A stretch of 64,000 nt of DNA from Chloropicon primus (taxonomy: Eukaryota). This document shows, piece by piece, positions 21,276 to 32,031 of the stretch (its first letter is position 1; each line of letters opens with the position of its first letter). The stretch lies in the NCBI GenBank assembly GCA_023205875.1, contig CP060768.1, positions 434,001 through 498,000 of the forward strand, written 5' to 3'. The position numbers and the translations under genes are program-made. The notes below the pieces were generated by a model. It had not been told where the DNA came from, made no database searches, and saw only the letters and a program-made list of their open reading frames with translations.

Positions 21276-22127
21276 TTATTTGTTGCTTTTATCTGTCGGG
21301 AGAGGTTTGGTCGAGTACATGGAGAACCTGTCCGCCTCGAATTCTTGCTTGGGCGTCGGGGCAGTCTCGTCGGTCATGTATCGACTTGGAGTGGACTGGC
21401 GCGAGGCGAAGCGGCCCCCGCCGCACTTCAAGCTCTTCCTCGTGCTAACCCCCGTAACCGGATTCGTCCCGCTGGCTCTCTCGCACAGCTTCATCTGGGT
21501 CGTCTTGTCTAAGAGAGCGTCCGTGAAGTCCGCACCCTCGATGGTGGCCCCGTTGAGATCGCTGGAAGTCAAAACAACTCGAGTCAAAATCGCGTCCGTG
21601 AAGTTCGCGTCCACGAAAACGCTGCGATCCATCAGGGCGTCGCTCATGTCCGCACCGGTGAAATCGACGTCCGGCGCCACCAGCTTCATCATGTAGGCGC
21701 CCCTCAAGTTCGCTCCCCGGAGCTTCGCGTAGCGAATATTCGCCTGCACAAAGTTCGAAAGCCTCAAGTCCTTTCCAAAGTCCTTCACGATGTCCTGCTT
21801 TATCATGTCGATGCCTCCGAACTGCTTCGCAGAACCGCGGTTGAACTCGCCGCCCCTTTCGTACTCCCTCTCGTTCAACTCGGCCCGAGCTTGGAGCGGT
21901 GCGACCGCGTCGTACGCCCCGACCCCGCCCGCCACGGTCGCCGCGAGCGCAACCGAGGCGAGGGTGGCTCGGACCTTGCTCATTACGCTGCTGCCGTTCT
22001 CCTCGCTCACCGTGCTGGGAGCGAAGGAGGGGGGTTGGCTCTGGCCTCGCGAGTGGTGGGCCCTCGCCGCAACGCCGCAACGCCCTCGGGATCCCACCGT
22101 CCTCCTCGCAAGCGACGCCTTCGTCAT
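21276..22127 (-). CDS. Thylakoid lumenal pentapeptide-repeat protein (TL20.3-like)
   Basis: Bipartite transit peptide ending ARA, A(D/N)(L/F)xx repeats, LCERASGTNPVTGVSTRKSLKC. Confidence 0.85.
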   Translation of the reverse strand: MTKASLARRTVGSRGRCGVAARAHHSRGQSQPPSFAPSTVSEENGSSVMSKVRATLASVALAATVAGGVGAYDAVAPLQARAELNEREYERGGEFNRGSAKQFGGIDMIKQDIVKDFGKDLRLSNFVQANIRYAKLRGANLRGAYMMKLVAPDVDFTGADMSDALMDRSVFVDANFTDAILTRVVLTSSDLNGATIEGADFTDALLDKTTQMKLCERASGTNPVTGVSTRKSLKCGGGRFASRQSTPSRYMTDETAPTPKQEFEADRFSMYSTKPLPTDKSNK

Positions 22128-22835
22128 ATCTCTCCGCGTGTCCTTGACTTGAGTTCTACCTCTACCTCCCACCTGTTTGTATGTGTGCGTGTCACCCAAT
22201 CCAACAGAACAGAACAGAGAGAGAGAGAGGGGGGGATTGATTGCGATGTGAGTTTCACTCAGGAAAGAAAACAAATCCTTTCCACGACGTCATTCCCTTC
22301 GACCGAGAGGTCTGCGGAAAGAGCAAGAGACGCTTGTTCCACCTGAGTCAAGACACTCTCCTTCCTGGGCCTGACCCCTCCGTCGAAGCCACGCACAAAC
22401 CAAACTCACCCCCTGGGTCTCCTCCCGTATTACGATAAGGAGGTGGAAGCGTTTAGCGCCACCAGTTTTGGATTGGAAATGTTTATATACTATTTTCATA
22501 TTTCCATATGGAAAGATCGGAAATGTGCAGATGATGCAAAAAAGCTTTTTTGGCGCCTTTGCGGCGGCCCACTACGATCGATCGGAGTCGGCGACTGCGG
22601 CGCGAGAGAGGATCGATCGGAGGGCGGTTGGGACGGTGAAGTGGGGAAAGAAGGTGTCGGGAACGAGTTCACGCGAAAGAGGAAGTCTTGCGCTTTCGAT
22701 TGGTGGGTCGCTTGTAGGGTTTGGGTTTTTGGGTGACGTGGTTTTCGCGGTGCGACCGGGGCGCCTCGTGAAAAGAGGAAGCGCGGGAAGACGAGGAGAG
22801 GGGAGAGAGGGCGAGGCAGGCAGGTTTCGTGAACC

Positions 22836-25800
22836 ATGGCTACCGGGAATCAGGGGTCTGACCAAGCGCTTGACCAAGCCACGGCCCAGCAGATGGCTGC
22901 TGTTCTTGGGCCCGACGTTGCCTCTTTTGAGCAGGTAAGTTCGAGGCCTTGAAGCGCCAAACGGAGGGAAGGGGAAACCGAATGCGAGGGAAGGTTCCTG
23001 GGAACGATGCGATCGGCGGGACCTCGGAAAGCGACGTCGCGTGATCTCAGGAGGATCTTACCCGAGAGGGACTCGAGAGTTCACTTTGTGTGTGGAAGCG
23101 AGCGCGAACCCCTGTCTGCCTTCCTGCGTGCCTGCTCGCTCCAGCGACGACCGGATCGGATCGCCTGACTGACGGTTTCTTTCTCCTCCGCCTTGACCTT
23201 CTTTTTTTGACCACGCCGCAGCTCTGCCAAGCCCTGACCTCGCACCAGAACGAGATCAGAAGCCAGGCCGAGAAGGTGTTCCAGGCCTGCAAGGAGCACC
23301 AGGCGGACGCCTGCGTGCAGAGGCTCGTCCACGTGTTGAAGAACTCGCAAGCTCTGGAGCTTCGCGGCTTGTGCGCGGTCTTGCTCCGTAAGACGCTCTG
23401 CTCCGATGTCGAGAACAAGACGTGGAAGTCCTTGACTCCGCAGACACAGCAGGGCCTCAAGACAGAGCTCCTCGAGCTCGTCAAGGGAGAGACGAACAGG
23501 TCGACAGCAAAGATGGTGTGCGACACGGTGAGCGACGTCGGCGCCATGCTCCTGGAGGAGCAGCAGTGGCCAGAGCTCTTGCCCTTCATGTTCCAGTGCG
23601 TCCAGAGCGGGGACGAGACGATCTTGGAGCGCGTGCTCCGCGTTTTCGCGAACCTGGTGATGTCCGTGGAGATGACCTTGACCCCTTACATCAACACCCT
23701 GCACGGCGTCTTCGGCAACTGCTTGGGCTCGCAGAACGTTGACGTGCGAAATGCGGCCCTGAGGGCGACCTGCAGCTTCATATCGAGCCTGGAGAAGAAG
23801 TCGGAGAGGGACAAGTTCCAGGACCTCGTCCCTTCCATGCTTAACTGTTTGGGGACTGCTTTGAACCAGGGAGATGAGGCGACGGCTCAGGAGACCCTCG
23901 GCATGTTCATTGAGATCGGAGAGGAGCACCCTACCTTCCTGAGGAAGAACCTTATTGAGATCGTGAACGCCATCTTGACGGTGACGGAGGCCGGCAACTT
24001 GGAGGCGAGCACCAGGCAGTTGGCCTCCGAGTTCCTCGTCACTCTCGCGGAAGCGAGGGAGAAGGCGCCCGGAATGATGAGGAAGCTGCCTCAGTTCATG
24101 GGAAAGCTGTTCCACGCCCTGATGTGCTTCCTGCTCGACATCGATGACGAGCCTGAGTGGCACGCCGCGGACAGGGAGGAGGACGAGGGAATCGGGAATG
24201 GAGAGCTCTTCGACGTGGGTCTGGAGGGTCTGGACCGCCTTTCCATTGCGCTGGGAGGCAACGCCGTGATGCCGATTGCCAACCAAATCCTTCCCGCCTT
24301 CCTGCAGGACCAGGATTGGAAAAAGAGGCACTCCGCCCTGATGACCCTTGCCCAGATCGCGGAGGGCTGCGTGAAAGTCATGTCCAAGGCCATCAGCTGG
24401 ACGGTGGACATCTGCGTGACTGGGCTGAGGGATCCTCACCCCAAGGTGAGGTGGGCGGCCTGCCAGACGGTCGGCCAGCTCTCCACGGATCTCGGGCCGA
24501 CCTTCCAGGAGCAGGAGCACGGAAGGATTGTGCCGACCCTGCTTGCGGCCATGGATGACGTGAACGAGCCGAGGGTGCAGGCCCACGCCACCGCCGCGGT
24601 GGTCAACTTCAGCGAGGACTGCGAGGAGGACATCCTCGCCCCTTACCTAGACGCGCTGGTCTCCAAGCTTTTGGTCCTTCTCCAGAGCCCGAGAAACATA
24701 GTGAGGGAGGGCGCCTTGACGTCCCTGGCCAGTGTCGCGGACTCGTCCAAGGAGTACTTTGAAAAGTACTACTCGGTGGTCATGCCGATCCTGGTGAACA
24801 TCCTTCAGACGGCGAACGACAAGCCTCTCAGGCTCTTGAGGGCCAAGGCGATCGAGTGCATTTCTCTGGTTGGCATGGCGGTGGGCAAGGACAAGTTCGG
24901 CCCCGATTCAAAGGCCATCATGGAGATGCTCATGGCGTTGCAGAACTCCCCGATGGAGGACGACGATCCAACGGCGAGCTACCTCCTCCAAGCCTGGGCG
25001 AGGATTTGCAAGTGCCTCGGAAACGACTTTTTGCCCTACCTTCCCGTGGTCATGCCGCCGCTGTTCGCGTCTGCCAAGCTTGAGCCAGATGTCACGGTCA
25101 AGCACTTTGATGACGAGGACGACGAGGAGGACGAGGAGGACGCGAACGAGGTCGAGACCCTCATCGTGGGAAACTCGAAGATCTGCATCAGGACGAGCAC
25201 CTTGGAGGAGAAGTCCACCGCCTGCAGCATGCTTTGCTGCTACGTGGAGGAGCTCCAGGAGGGTTTCTTCCCCTACATCGAGGAGATCGTCCAGCTCTTT
25301 GTGCCCCTCCTTCGCTTTGCTTTCCATGAGGACGTCAGGGCGACCGTGGCCACCGGAATTCCAGAGCTGCTCAAGGCGGCAAAGCTGTCCGTGGAGAAGG
25401 GCTGCGGCAAGGACGCCTCTTGGCTCAAGGGCATGCTTGACTTCGCACTGGGGCGGTTGCTAGAGGCCATGGAGAGGGAGCCTGAGGCCCTGATCGTTGT
25501 CAGCCAGGTGGAAGCCATCGGCAAGCTCGTGGCGACGTACGGAGAGGGCCTGGACCAGCAGCAGATGCTCTCCATCTTCGAGGGTCTGAAGAAGGTTCTC
25601 GAGGGGTCCACCGATAGGAGGAAGGAGAGGGAATCCAGAAAGGAGTCCGAGGACTTTGACGAGGAGGAGGCCGAAGCGATCGAGGAGGAGAACGAGGAGG
25701 AGGACGACGTCTCTGACGCCGTCTGCGAGTGCCTCGACGAGATGCTGAAGAAGTTCAGGGCGGCGGTCATGCCCTTGGTGGAGCAGCTCTTGCCCTTCTT

Positions 25801-26530
25801 TGCCAGGATGCTGGAGCCCAACCGGTCCTCGAGCGAGCACAGGATCGCAATCTGCTTGATCGACTCTGTCGTGGAGTACGGCAGCGATGGCGGGGCGACC
25901 CTCAAGTACTTCAACTCCTTTGTCCCAGTGCTCCTCAACAACACGATCAGCGAGGACGCCGACATCAGGCAGTGCAGCGCTTACGGCTTGGGCGCCTGCG
26001 CCCAGTCCTACGGGGAGCACTTTGCCCCCATCTGCAAGGATGCCCTGTCCAAGCTGATGCAGATCATCCAGCACCCGAACGCCAGGACGTCTGATTTCGA
26101 GGTGGCCACGGAGAACGCCGTGTCGGCTCTCGGAAAGTTTTGCGAGTTCCAGTCCTCCGCCGTGGACGCCACGGGCTTGGTGGACACCGCCGGGCTGATG
26201 AACTTCTGGCTGTCCCAGCTGCCCCTCAAGGCGGACAAGAACGAGGCCAAGGTGGTCCACGATCAGCTCTGCCGTTTCTTGGAGAAGGGGGACGCCAGGA
26301 TCGTGGGCAAGGACAACGCCAACCTCCCCGTGATCGTCGCCATCCTTTGCAAGATACTGGCCGAGGGCACGAGCGTTGTCAACCCCGAGACCAGGAACAA
26401 ACTCATTGCCATCTTGCAGAAGGTTCTGCAGACGGTGCCCAAGGAGGTGGTGCACCAGCAGCACGCCCAGCTTCCTCAAAAGGCCCAGAAAGTTCTGGAG
26501 GCTGCCGCGTCCGGCCAGTACGGAGGATGA
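22836..26530 (+). CDS. IPO5: Importin-5 / karyopherin beta-3; intron 22935-23221
   Basis: HEAT repeats, LDRLSIALGG, WKKRHSAL, PRVQAHA, IRTSTLEEK, ATENAVSA. Confidence 0.93.
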
Positions 26531-26870
26531 TGCGAGGATGTTGAGGTGGAGGACGGGGAGGTGAGAGGGGGCGGCCAGGGTTTAGCGGCTGCGGCGACGA
26601 CGATAAATTATGGGGGGTTTGGATGGGTGGTGTGTGTGTGTGTAAGAGAGAGAATGTTTAGGAGAAGGGAAAGTAGTAGTTTTTAAAAGAAGACGACCAC
26701 CAACAAGCAAGCCTGTATAGTGTCACTGTATTCTATTGATACCAATGCGTCAGAAAACCTTCGGGAGAGAGAGAAGGAAGCGCCGTAATGCCGAGAAGCA
26801 GAAGAAGCGGCGGCAAGGTGTTCTCTCTCTGTGATCTCTCTCTCTATTTGTCTCTCAGCAGAAGTTGCTG

Positions 26871-26955
26871 CTTGGGGGCGTCCAACTCCTCCTTCATCAT
26901 CCCTGACACCTTCTTCTTCGACCCGACCTTGTTCTCCTCGCTCGCTTCCTGCTGA
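26871..26955 (-). repeat. Partial duplicate of the SDHAF4 3' exon (27065-27142)
   Basis: Near-identical CGTCCAACTCCTCCTTC...CCCTGACACCTTC...GACCCGACCTTGTTCTCCTCGCTCGCTTCCTGCTG in both places. Confidence 0.85.
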
Positions 26956-27004
26956 GAAGCAGGAGAAGCTTCTACTCCAAGAAGCAGGAGAAGCTCTGAG
27001 TCTC

Positions 27005-27478
27005 TCAGAAATCGCTGCAGCGCCCCGCTCGCTCCCAGTCCCCGTACCTGGTGGGCTCGGGGCCCTTGGGGCCGTCCAACTCCTCCTTCTTCATCCCTGA
27101 CACCTTCGACCCGACCTTGTTCTCCTCGCTCGCTTCCTGCTGGTCGCCCGTCTGCTTTAGAGTAGACGCACCGCCGCAAGAATCAAGTCCCCTTGCGTCG
27201 TCAGTCCAAGAAGCGGCGAAGGGGGTTCGAATCGAATCTCTTACGTGGGCGGGCGGCAGCCCAGCCGCTCTTACCTTTGGTATTTTCTTGTCCCAACCGT
27301 CCTCCACGAGGTCCTCGATCGCTGTCTCCGCCTCCTCCCTGTGGCGCTTCGTGTAGTCGAAGGGCGTGGTGGCGGAACACAAGGGCCGGCGGAGGGAACG
27401 GAAGGAGAAGAGGTCAAACCCACCTCCCGTGGCCGCCCGCCTCGCCAGAGCAACCACCACCTTGAAGACGAAGACCAT
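27005..27478 (-). CDS. SDHAF4: Succinate dehydrogenase assembly factor 4 (DUF1674); probable in-frame intron ~27152-27274
   Basis: C-terminal GPKGPEPTRYGDWERAGRCSDF signature and a mitochondrial-like presequence. Confidence 0.88.
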   Translation of the reverse strand: MVFVFKVVVALARRAATGGGFDLFSFRSLRRPLCSATTPFDYTKRHREEAETAIEDLVEDGWDKKIPKVRAAGLPPAHVRDSIRTPFAASWTDDARGLDSCGGASTLKQTGDQQEASEENKVGSKVSGMKKEELDGPKGPEPTRYGDWERAGRCSDF

Positions 27479-27698
27479 CCTCCGATGCGATGGATTTTGG
27501 ATTTGGGGAAGAGAGATCCTCCCTCGGAAAAGAGCTCAAGCGTTTTGAGCCAGGGGTGTGTGTGGGTGTGTACGGTGGAGCCGGCTCTTGATGTGAGGAT
27601 TCGATTGGATGGATGATAGAATGATGCATACATTGTAATCATTGTAGGACATATCATCATCTCTCTCCATCGTTACGGTTTACGGTTAGTTTTTTTTT

Positions 27699-29888
27699 TT
27701 ACGTGACGAGAGACCTGCTGGAGGCCCCCACTTTGATCTCCTGCTCGATGCCGACGGAGTCTAGGTCAGGCAAGTCGTCCAACTGCATGTGGTTGGGAAG
27801 AATCTGGTTGACCTGGTCGACGCTCTTCTGGTACTCGTTGATGAGGGCCTTGCCGTACTCTTTCCTCCACGCCTTGTGCTGGTAGACCCCCCGCCGCAGC
27901 AGGCGCAAGAGATCCATGCAGGACTGGAGGGTGACGTGGTACAAGCCCTCCAGGGAGATGTAATCCCTCTCGTACATCACCAAAGCGGCGTCGATGGTGT
28001 TGGCGTAGTGGTGGATCTGGTCCTTGTGCCTCTTCTCGTGCCTGATGGAGAAGAGCCGGAAGACCTTGTCCATGCTCAGGGACTCGGGGAAGGACTTGGG
28101 GCTGTGGATGTCGGGCGTCTCCGACAAGGCCGCGCTCTCCGCCGTCCTCAGGACCTTGTGGATGAAGACGTCCGAGAGCCTCGGGCCGGGCCCCATGACC
28201 GCGAGCTTGGGGTTCTTCAGCGCGTTGATCGCGACCTGCACGTCCCCTTGGCCGTCGTCCCCGAAGAAGATGAAGTCGTACTCGGGGTAAAGCTCCATGT
28301 ACTTGACCATGTCCTTGTACTTTTTGTGGGCCACTTCCTTCCACACGATCCTGTTGTCCAGGTTGACGCACGTGGCGACCTTCCCGGCGAGGCCCATGAC
28401 CATGGCCTTGGCCCCCGCGATGAGCGACCCGGGGAGGAGCGTCGGGATCGTGTGGAAGTACCCCTTCTCCTTGAGGTGGATGAACTTCCTGTACATCATG
28501 GACTCGAAGAACCCCTTCGCGGCCTTGACCCCCGGCCTCGCCGACAGCATCACGAGGGTGTGGTCCTGCACCCCCGTGGCGTCGTGATTAGCAACGCCCC
28601 CCCTCGCGTTGCTCTCCAGGCACACCTTCATGTCGTACACCGGCCTGCCCGCCTTGGAGGCGAGCCTCTTCCAGGCCTTGGCGATCGAGACGCTCGAGTC
28701 GCAGTCCAGGGTGACCACCGAGTGCTCCTCCAGGTTGGCGGAGCACGTCACCCTCGTCAAGGCGGACGAGTTCCCTTCCCCCTGGTGCCTGGAGCTCGAG
28801 TACCTCATCAGGACGTCCCTGTCCCCGTTCCGCTGAGGAGGAGGGGCGTTACTGTTGCTGCTCACGGCGCCGCTGGCCTGCCTCCCCAGCGAGGACAGGG
28901 GGGACAGGGGGGGGGACAGGGTGTGGGTCGGCGAGGGGAACGAGTTGAGGCCCGCCAGGCCCGACTCGGCGCCGATGCCGACCTCCTTGTACAGGGCGAA
29001 GATTCCCGGGTAGAAGGAGTGGGCGGGGTAAGTCTTGTCGCACCCCGCCGGGAACTTTCCCCCGCTGCACCACACGGTGTCGTCCAGGTCCGAGATGATC
29101 TTGATCCTCGGCTTGGCGTGCAGCCGAGGGGACGGGGAGGCGGCGGAGGAGGAGCTCTGGGCCCCCGGCCCGCAAGGGTCGAACACGGTGTTGATCCTCC
29201 TGACGTGGGCGGCCTCCCTCTTGATGTGCTGCAGGACCTCGTCCCTCAGGTCCTTGCCGCCGATGATGTTGAACTCCTCGTACACCAGGTTGAACAGGTT
29301 CTTCCAGCTGCCGCTGCTGTCGATGGCGTTCTTCAGGATCGTCAGGTCCACGCCCTTGGTCGAGTGGAAGATCTCCCTCACGAACTGCGCCCAAAAGTTG
29401 AAGTGGATGATGTTCTTGTACCTCCTCGCCATGTTGAACTCGTGGAGGAGGGACGCCTTGCACCGGATGGAGAGCTCCCCCATCCGGCCCCGCACCACCT
29501 CCATCGTCCTCATCGTCGACAGCTTGATGAAGACCCTGAGGTCGGACGACAGGAGGAGGGCGTCCAGCTCCTCCCCCGTGCAGTCCGCCAGCAGCCCCGC
29601 GATCCTCTCGTGGATGTGCCTCCTCTGCTTCCTCGAGTGCGTCCTCGCTGACAGCAGAAGCAGGAGCTCGTTGAAGGCCTCCTGCTGCCAAAGGCTGTCC
29701 GTCTGGTGCCCGAACCACGGCACGGAGAGAGAAGGAGTCTGAGAGATAGACGCCGCCGCGACGCCGGGGTTGTTTGTCGTTGCTGTCAACGAGGTGGTGG
29801 AGGACGACGGAGAGGAGCTTGGAGAGCTTCTTGGAGAGGAAGAGGTCTTCTTCTTGCTTCCGTTCCTCGTCGTCCTCGTGCTCCCCAT
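27699..29888 (-). CDS. HAD-fold phosphatase, phosphatidate phosphatase App1-like
   Basis: IISDLDDT (DxDxT), YPGIFALY, LSARP, YPEYDFIFFGDDGQGD. Confidence 0.7.
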   Translation of the reverse strand: MGSTRTTRNGSKKKTSSSPRSSPSSSPSSSTTSLTATTNNPGVAAASISQTPSLSVPWFGHQTDSLWQQEAFNELLLLLSARTHSRKQRRHIHERIAGLLADCTGEELDALLLSSDLRVFIKLSTMRTMEVVRGRMGELSIRCKASLLHEFNMARRYKNIIHFNFWAQFVREIFHSTKGVDLTILKNAIDSSGSWKNLFNLVYEEFNIIGGKDLRDEVLQHIKREAAHVRRINTVFDPCGPGAQSSSSAASPSPRLHAKPRIKIISDLDDTVWCSGGKFPAGCDKTYPAHSFYPGIFALYKEVGIGAESGLAGLNSFPSPTHTLSPPLSPLSSLGRQASGAVSSNSNAPPPQRNGDRDVLMRYSSSRHQGEGNSSALTRVTCSANLEEHSVVTLDCDSSVSIAKAWKRLASKAGRPVYDMKVCLESNARGGVANHDATGVQDHTLVMLSARPGVKAAKGFFESMMYRKFIHLKEKGYFHTIPTLLPGSLIAGAKAMVMGLAGKVATCVNLDNRIVWKEVAHKKYKDMVKYMELYPEYDFIFFGDDGQGDVQVAINALKNPKLAVMGPGPRLSDVFIHKVLRTAESAALSETPDIHSPKSFPESLSMDKVFRLFSIRHEKRHKDQIHHYANTIDAALVMYERDYISLEGLYHVTLQSCMDLLRLLRRGVYQHKAWRKEYGKALINEYQKSVDQVNQILPNHMQLDDLPDLDSVGIEQEIKVGASSRSLVT

Positions 29889-30463
29889 TTTGTTCTTGTT
29901 GTTCTTGTTGTTCTTGTTGTCGGAGAGAGAGGAGGTGTGTGCTGACGTGAGACCCCGTGCGTGCGTGCGTGCGTGCGTGCGTGCGTCTCCTCCTCCTCCT
30001 CCTCAACGGGGCGTCGCGTCGTCCAACCAAGCGAGAGAGAGGCGCGTGTGCGTTACTCGTAACCGACGCCGACCGGACGACGGCGGGAAAAAACCCGACG
30101 GACGGGTAACGTCACACGATCAAAATGAAAAAAATCCCTTTCGAGATTTTTATTTTTTTGATTTTCGAGATCTCCTTTTGTTTTCCCCGTAACCGCAAGG
30201 TGCGATTCTCTGTTTGTTTTGGTCTCCGAAAAATTAGGAGAATGCGTCGAGGAGCGAGGTCAAACCCTAGCGCTGGCTCTTGAGGCCCAGAAGTGCGAAG
30301 CAGAGCGGCGACCAAGACCGAGGACCGAGAATTGCATTACGTACAAGGTGAGGGGGGATTGAGGTTTTGTGTTGTGTTGGGTTTGGTTTTGTTTTGTTTT
30401 GTTTTGTTTTGTTTTGGAGAAAAGCCTGACCACGTTTTGGGTTTTTGGGTTTTGGTGGAAGAT

Positions 30464-31087
30464 ATGGCGATGATGATGAGGAAGAGGGTGGCGTTGTGCC
30501 TCCTGGTGGCGGCGTTGGGGGTGGCGACGGGGGCCGTGGCCCAGGACATCCCTGACAGCTGCAAGAGCCTCGACCCCAGCACGCTGGACACGTCGGATCC
30601 CTCCGCGTTCGCGACCCTGCTGCCTTGCACGGGGTGGGACCAGACGTGCCAGAGCAACGTCCTGGCCGCGGGGGCCTCGTGCATGCAGGAGATCCAGGCC
30701 ATCAGCAAGTGGGCGAACTCCAGCAGCGTCCAGAGCGACCTCGCGTCCGAGACCGGCCTGAGCGCCAACTCGACCGACGCGGACGTGAAGAACACCACCG
30801 CGAGCGTCACCCCGGACCAGGTCAAGGCCGACCTCGACGCGAGGATCCCTGACCTCAAGACGGCCCTCGGAGGGTGCTGCGGCGGGGGCATCACCCCCAC
30901 CTGCTGCGCGGCGATGACCCCCGTGATCTCCGGAAAGTGCCTCTGCCAGCAGAAGCCCGTGGAGCTCCTCAAGGGGGTCCTCGGCCAGGACCCATCCGAG
31001 TTCATCGGGGTCGCGGCCGAGGTCCTCGGGAAGCTCGGCTGCAACGCCCTCGATGGTGCGCAGGTCTACCCCCAGTGCGAGGCGTGA
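30464..31087 (+). CDS. Secreted cysteine-rich protein of unknown function
   Basis: Signal peptide (VALCLLVAALGVATGAVAQ), CC...CC...CLC pattern, host-like GC3. Confidence 0.75.
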   Translation: MAMMMRKRVALCLLVAALGVATGAVAQDIPDSCKSLDPSTLDTSDPSAFATLLPCTGWDQTCQSNVLAAGASCMQEIQAISKWANSSSVQSDLASETGLSANSTDADVKNTTASVTPDQVKADLDARIPDLKTALGGCCGGGITPTCCAAMTPVISGKCLCQQKPVELLKGVLGQDPSEFIGVAAEVLGKLGCNALDGAQVYPQCEA

Positions 31088-31229
31088 GCAGGTGAGCGAT
31101 TGATTGATTGCTGGGAGGAAATGGATCGCCCATTTTGGATTTTGGAGGGATGGACTCGTGTTTGTTGAGGAAAAAGAAAAAAAGAAAAAAAAGCTTTAAA
31201 AAGTTTTGCGTGTTCATCCAATATTCATC

Positions 31230-31390
31230 CATGCCCATGGCCTTTCTTTCCGCTAGTTTTGTGCAAAGGTCGTTTCAGTTTGCGTTTCTCGAAATGACCA
31301 TTCCGCCCTTAGCAAGCAAGCAAGCTCGCGAGCAAGGGCAGCTCGTACTAACAAACGCGTGTGCAACCCTGAGGAGTTACAGATTTTTTG
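31230..31390 (-). ncRNA. Second Fanzor omegaRNA (scaffold ends ~31250; predicted guide from ~31249 downward)
   Basis: Same conserved blocks as copy 1 (TAACTCCTCAGGGTTGCACA, TTTGTTAGTACG, GGAATGGTC, GAAACGACCTTTGCA) with structure-preserving substitutions. Confidence 0.75.
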
Positions 31391-31632
31391 GTTCCCACAA
31401 GTGCTTGAGAAGGATGTTGCGTGACCCGTTCGCATCCCGACCGCACTTGAAGCCACACTCCTGGCACTTGTACACCTCTGCTCCACCCAGGTTCTCCTTG
31501 ATGTGTCCGCACCTGCCACAGGTCTTGGAGGTGTACTCCTCCGTCACGATCGCCAGCTCACTGCCGTGCAAGAGCACCTTGGAAGCCAAGTACGTTCTGA
31601 ACGCATAGTGCCTCAACGTCAAGAGCATGCGA
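31377..31632 (-). pseudogene. 5'-truncated Fanzor fragment (catalytic Glu, zinc ribbon and RuvC-III only)
   Basis: LLTLRHYAFRTYLASKVLLHGSELAIVTEEYTSKTCGRC...RDANGSRN, nearly identical to 3092-3347; homology stops abruptly at ~31632. Confidence 0.92.
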
Positions 31633-31944
31633 ATCTTTGGTGGTCGCGCTTAGGATGTTCTGTCCCATGTCCGTTGTGCTCTGACAGTTCGACTCTTCCA
31701 TGCCAAGTACCTCGTTCAACACTCCTCCTGCCTTCACAACGAATTCGTCTTGGACCAGGCTCACGGCCTTCGATGAGAAGCTCTCCAAGTCGCTCTTCTC
31801 GTTGGAAATTTTGCAAGACAAGCTGCTGAGGTTGGCATCCTCCTCTTCGAGCAAACCATCGATTGCCTTGCAATCGACCTTGCCATCGACGTTTTTAGGA
31901 TGGAACGAACGAACGATGTGCCGGCGGTCAACGGAGACATACAT
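31633..31944 (-). other. Unidentified coding-like fragment fused to the truncated Fanzor
   Basis: Open frame MYVSVDRR...SATTKDS with no recognisable motif, unrelated to Fanzor copy 1. Confidence 0.35.
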
Positions 31945-31974
31945 AGTGTGGTGGAGGAGGATAGAATATTTCAG

Positions 31975-32031
31975 CTTTAGGATTGCTTTTGGGGGATTAG
32001 GATTAGGATAGTCTTTAGGATCGGCTTAGGA
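31975..32031 (-). repeat. Degenerate telomere-like (CCTAA/TTAGG) repeat patch
   Basis: TTTAGGATTG...GGATTAGGATTAGGATAGTCTTTAGGATCGGCTTAGGA; 18 bp identical (inverted) to 37914-37931. Confidence 0.75.

Noticed and set aside
27789..29651. Long antisense/overlapping ORFs (also 41788-43371, 23081-24586, 55620-57221, 53188-54792)
   Set aside because: Shadow frames of high-GC3 genes on the opposite strand, with no motifs.
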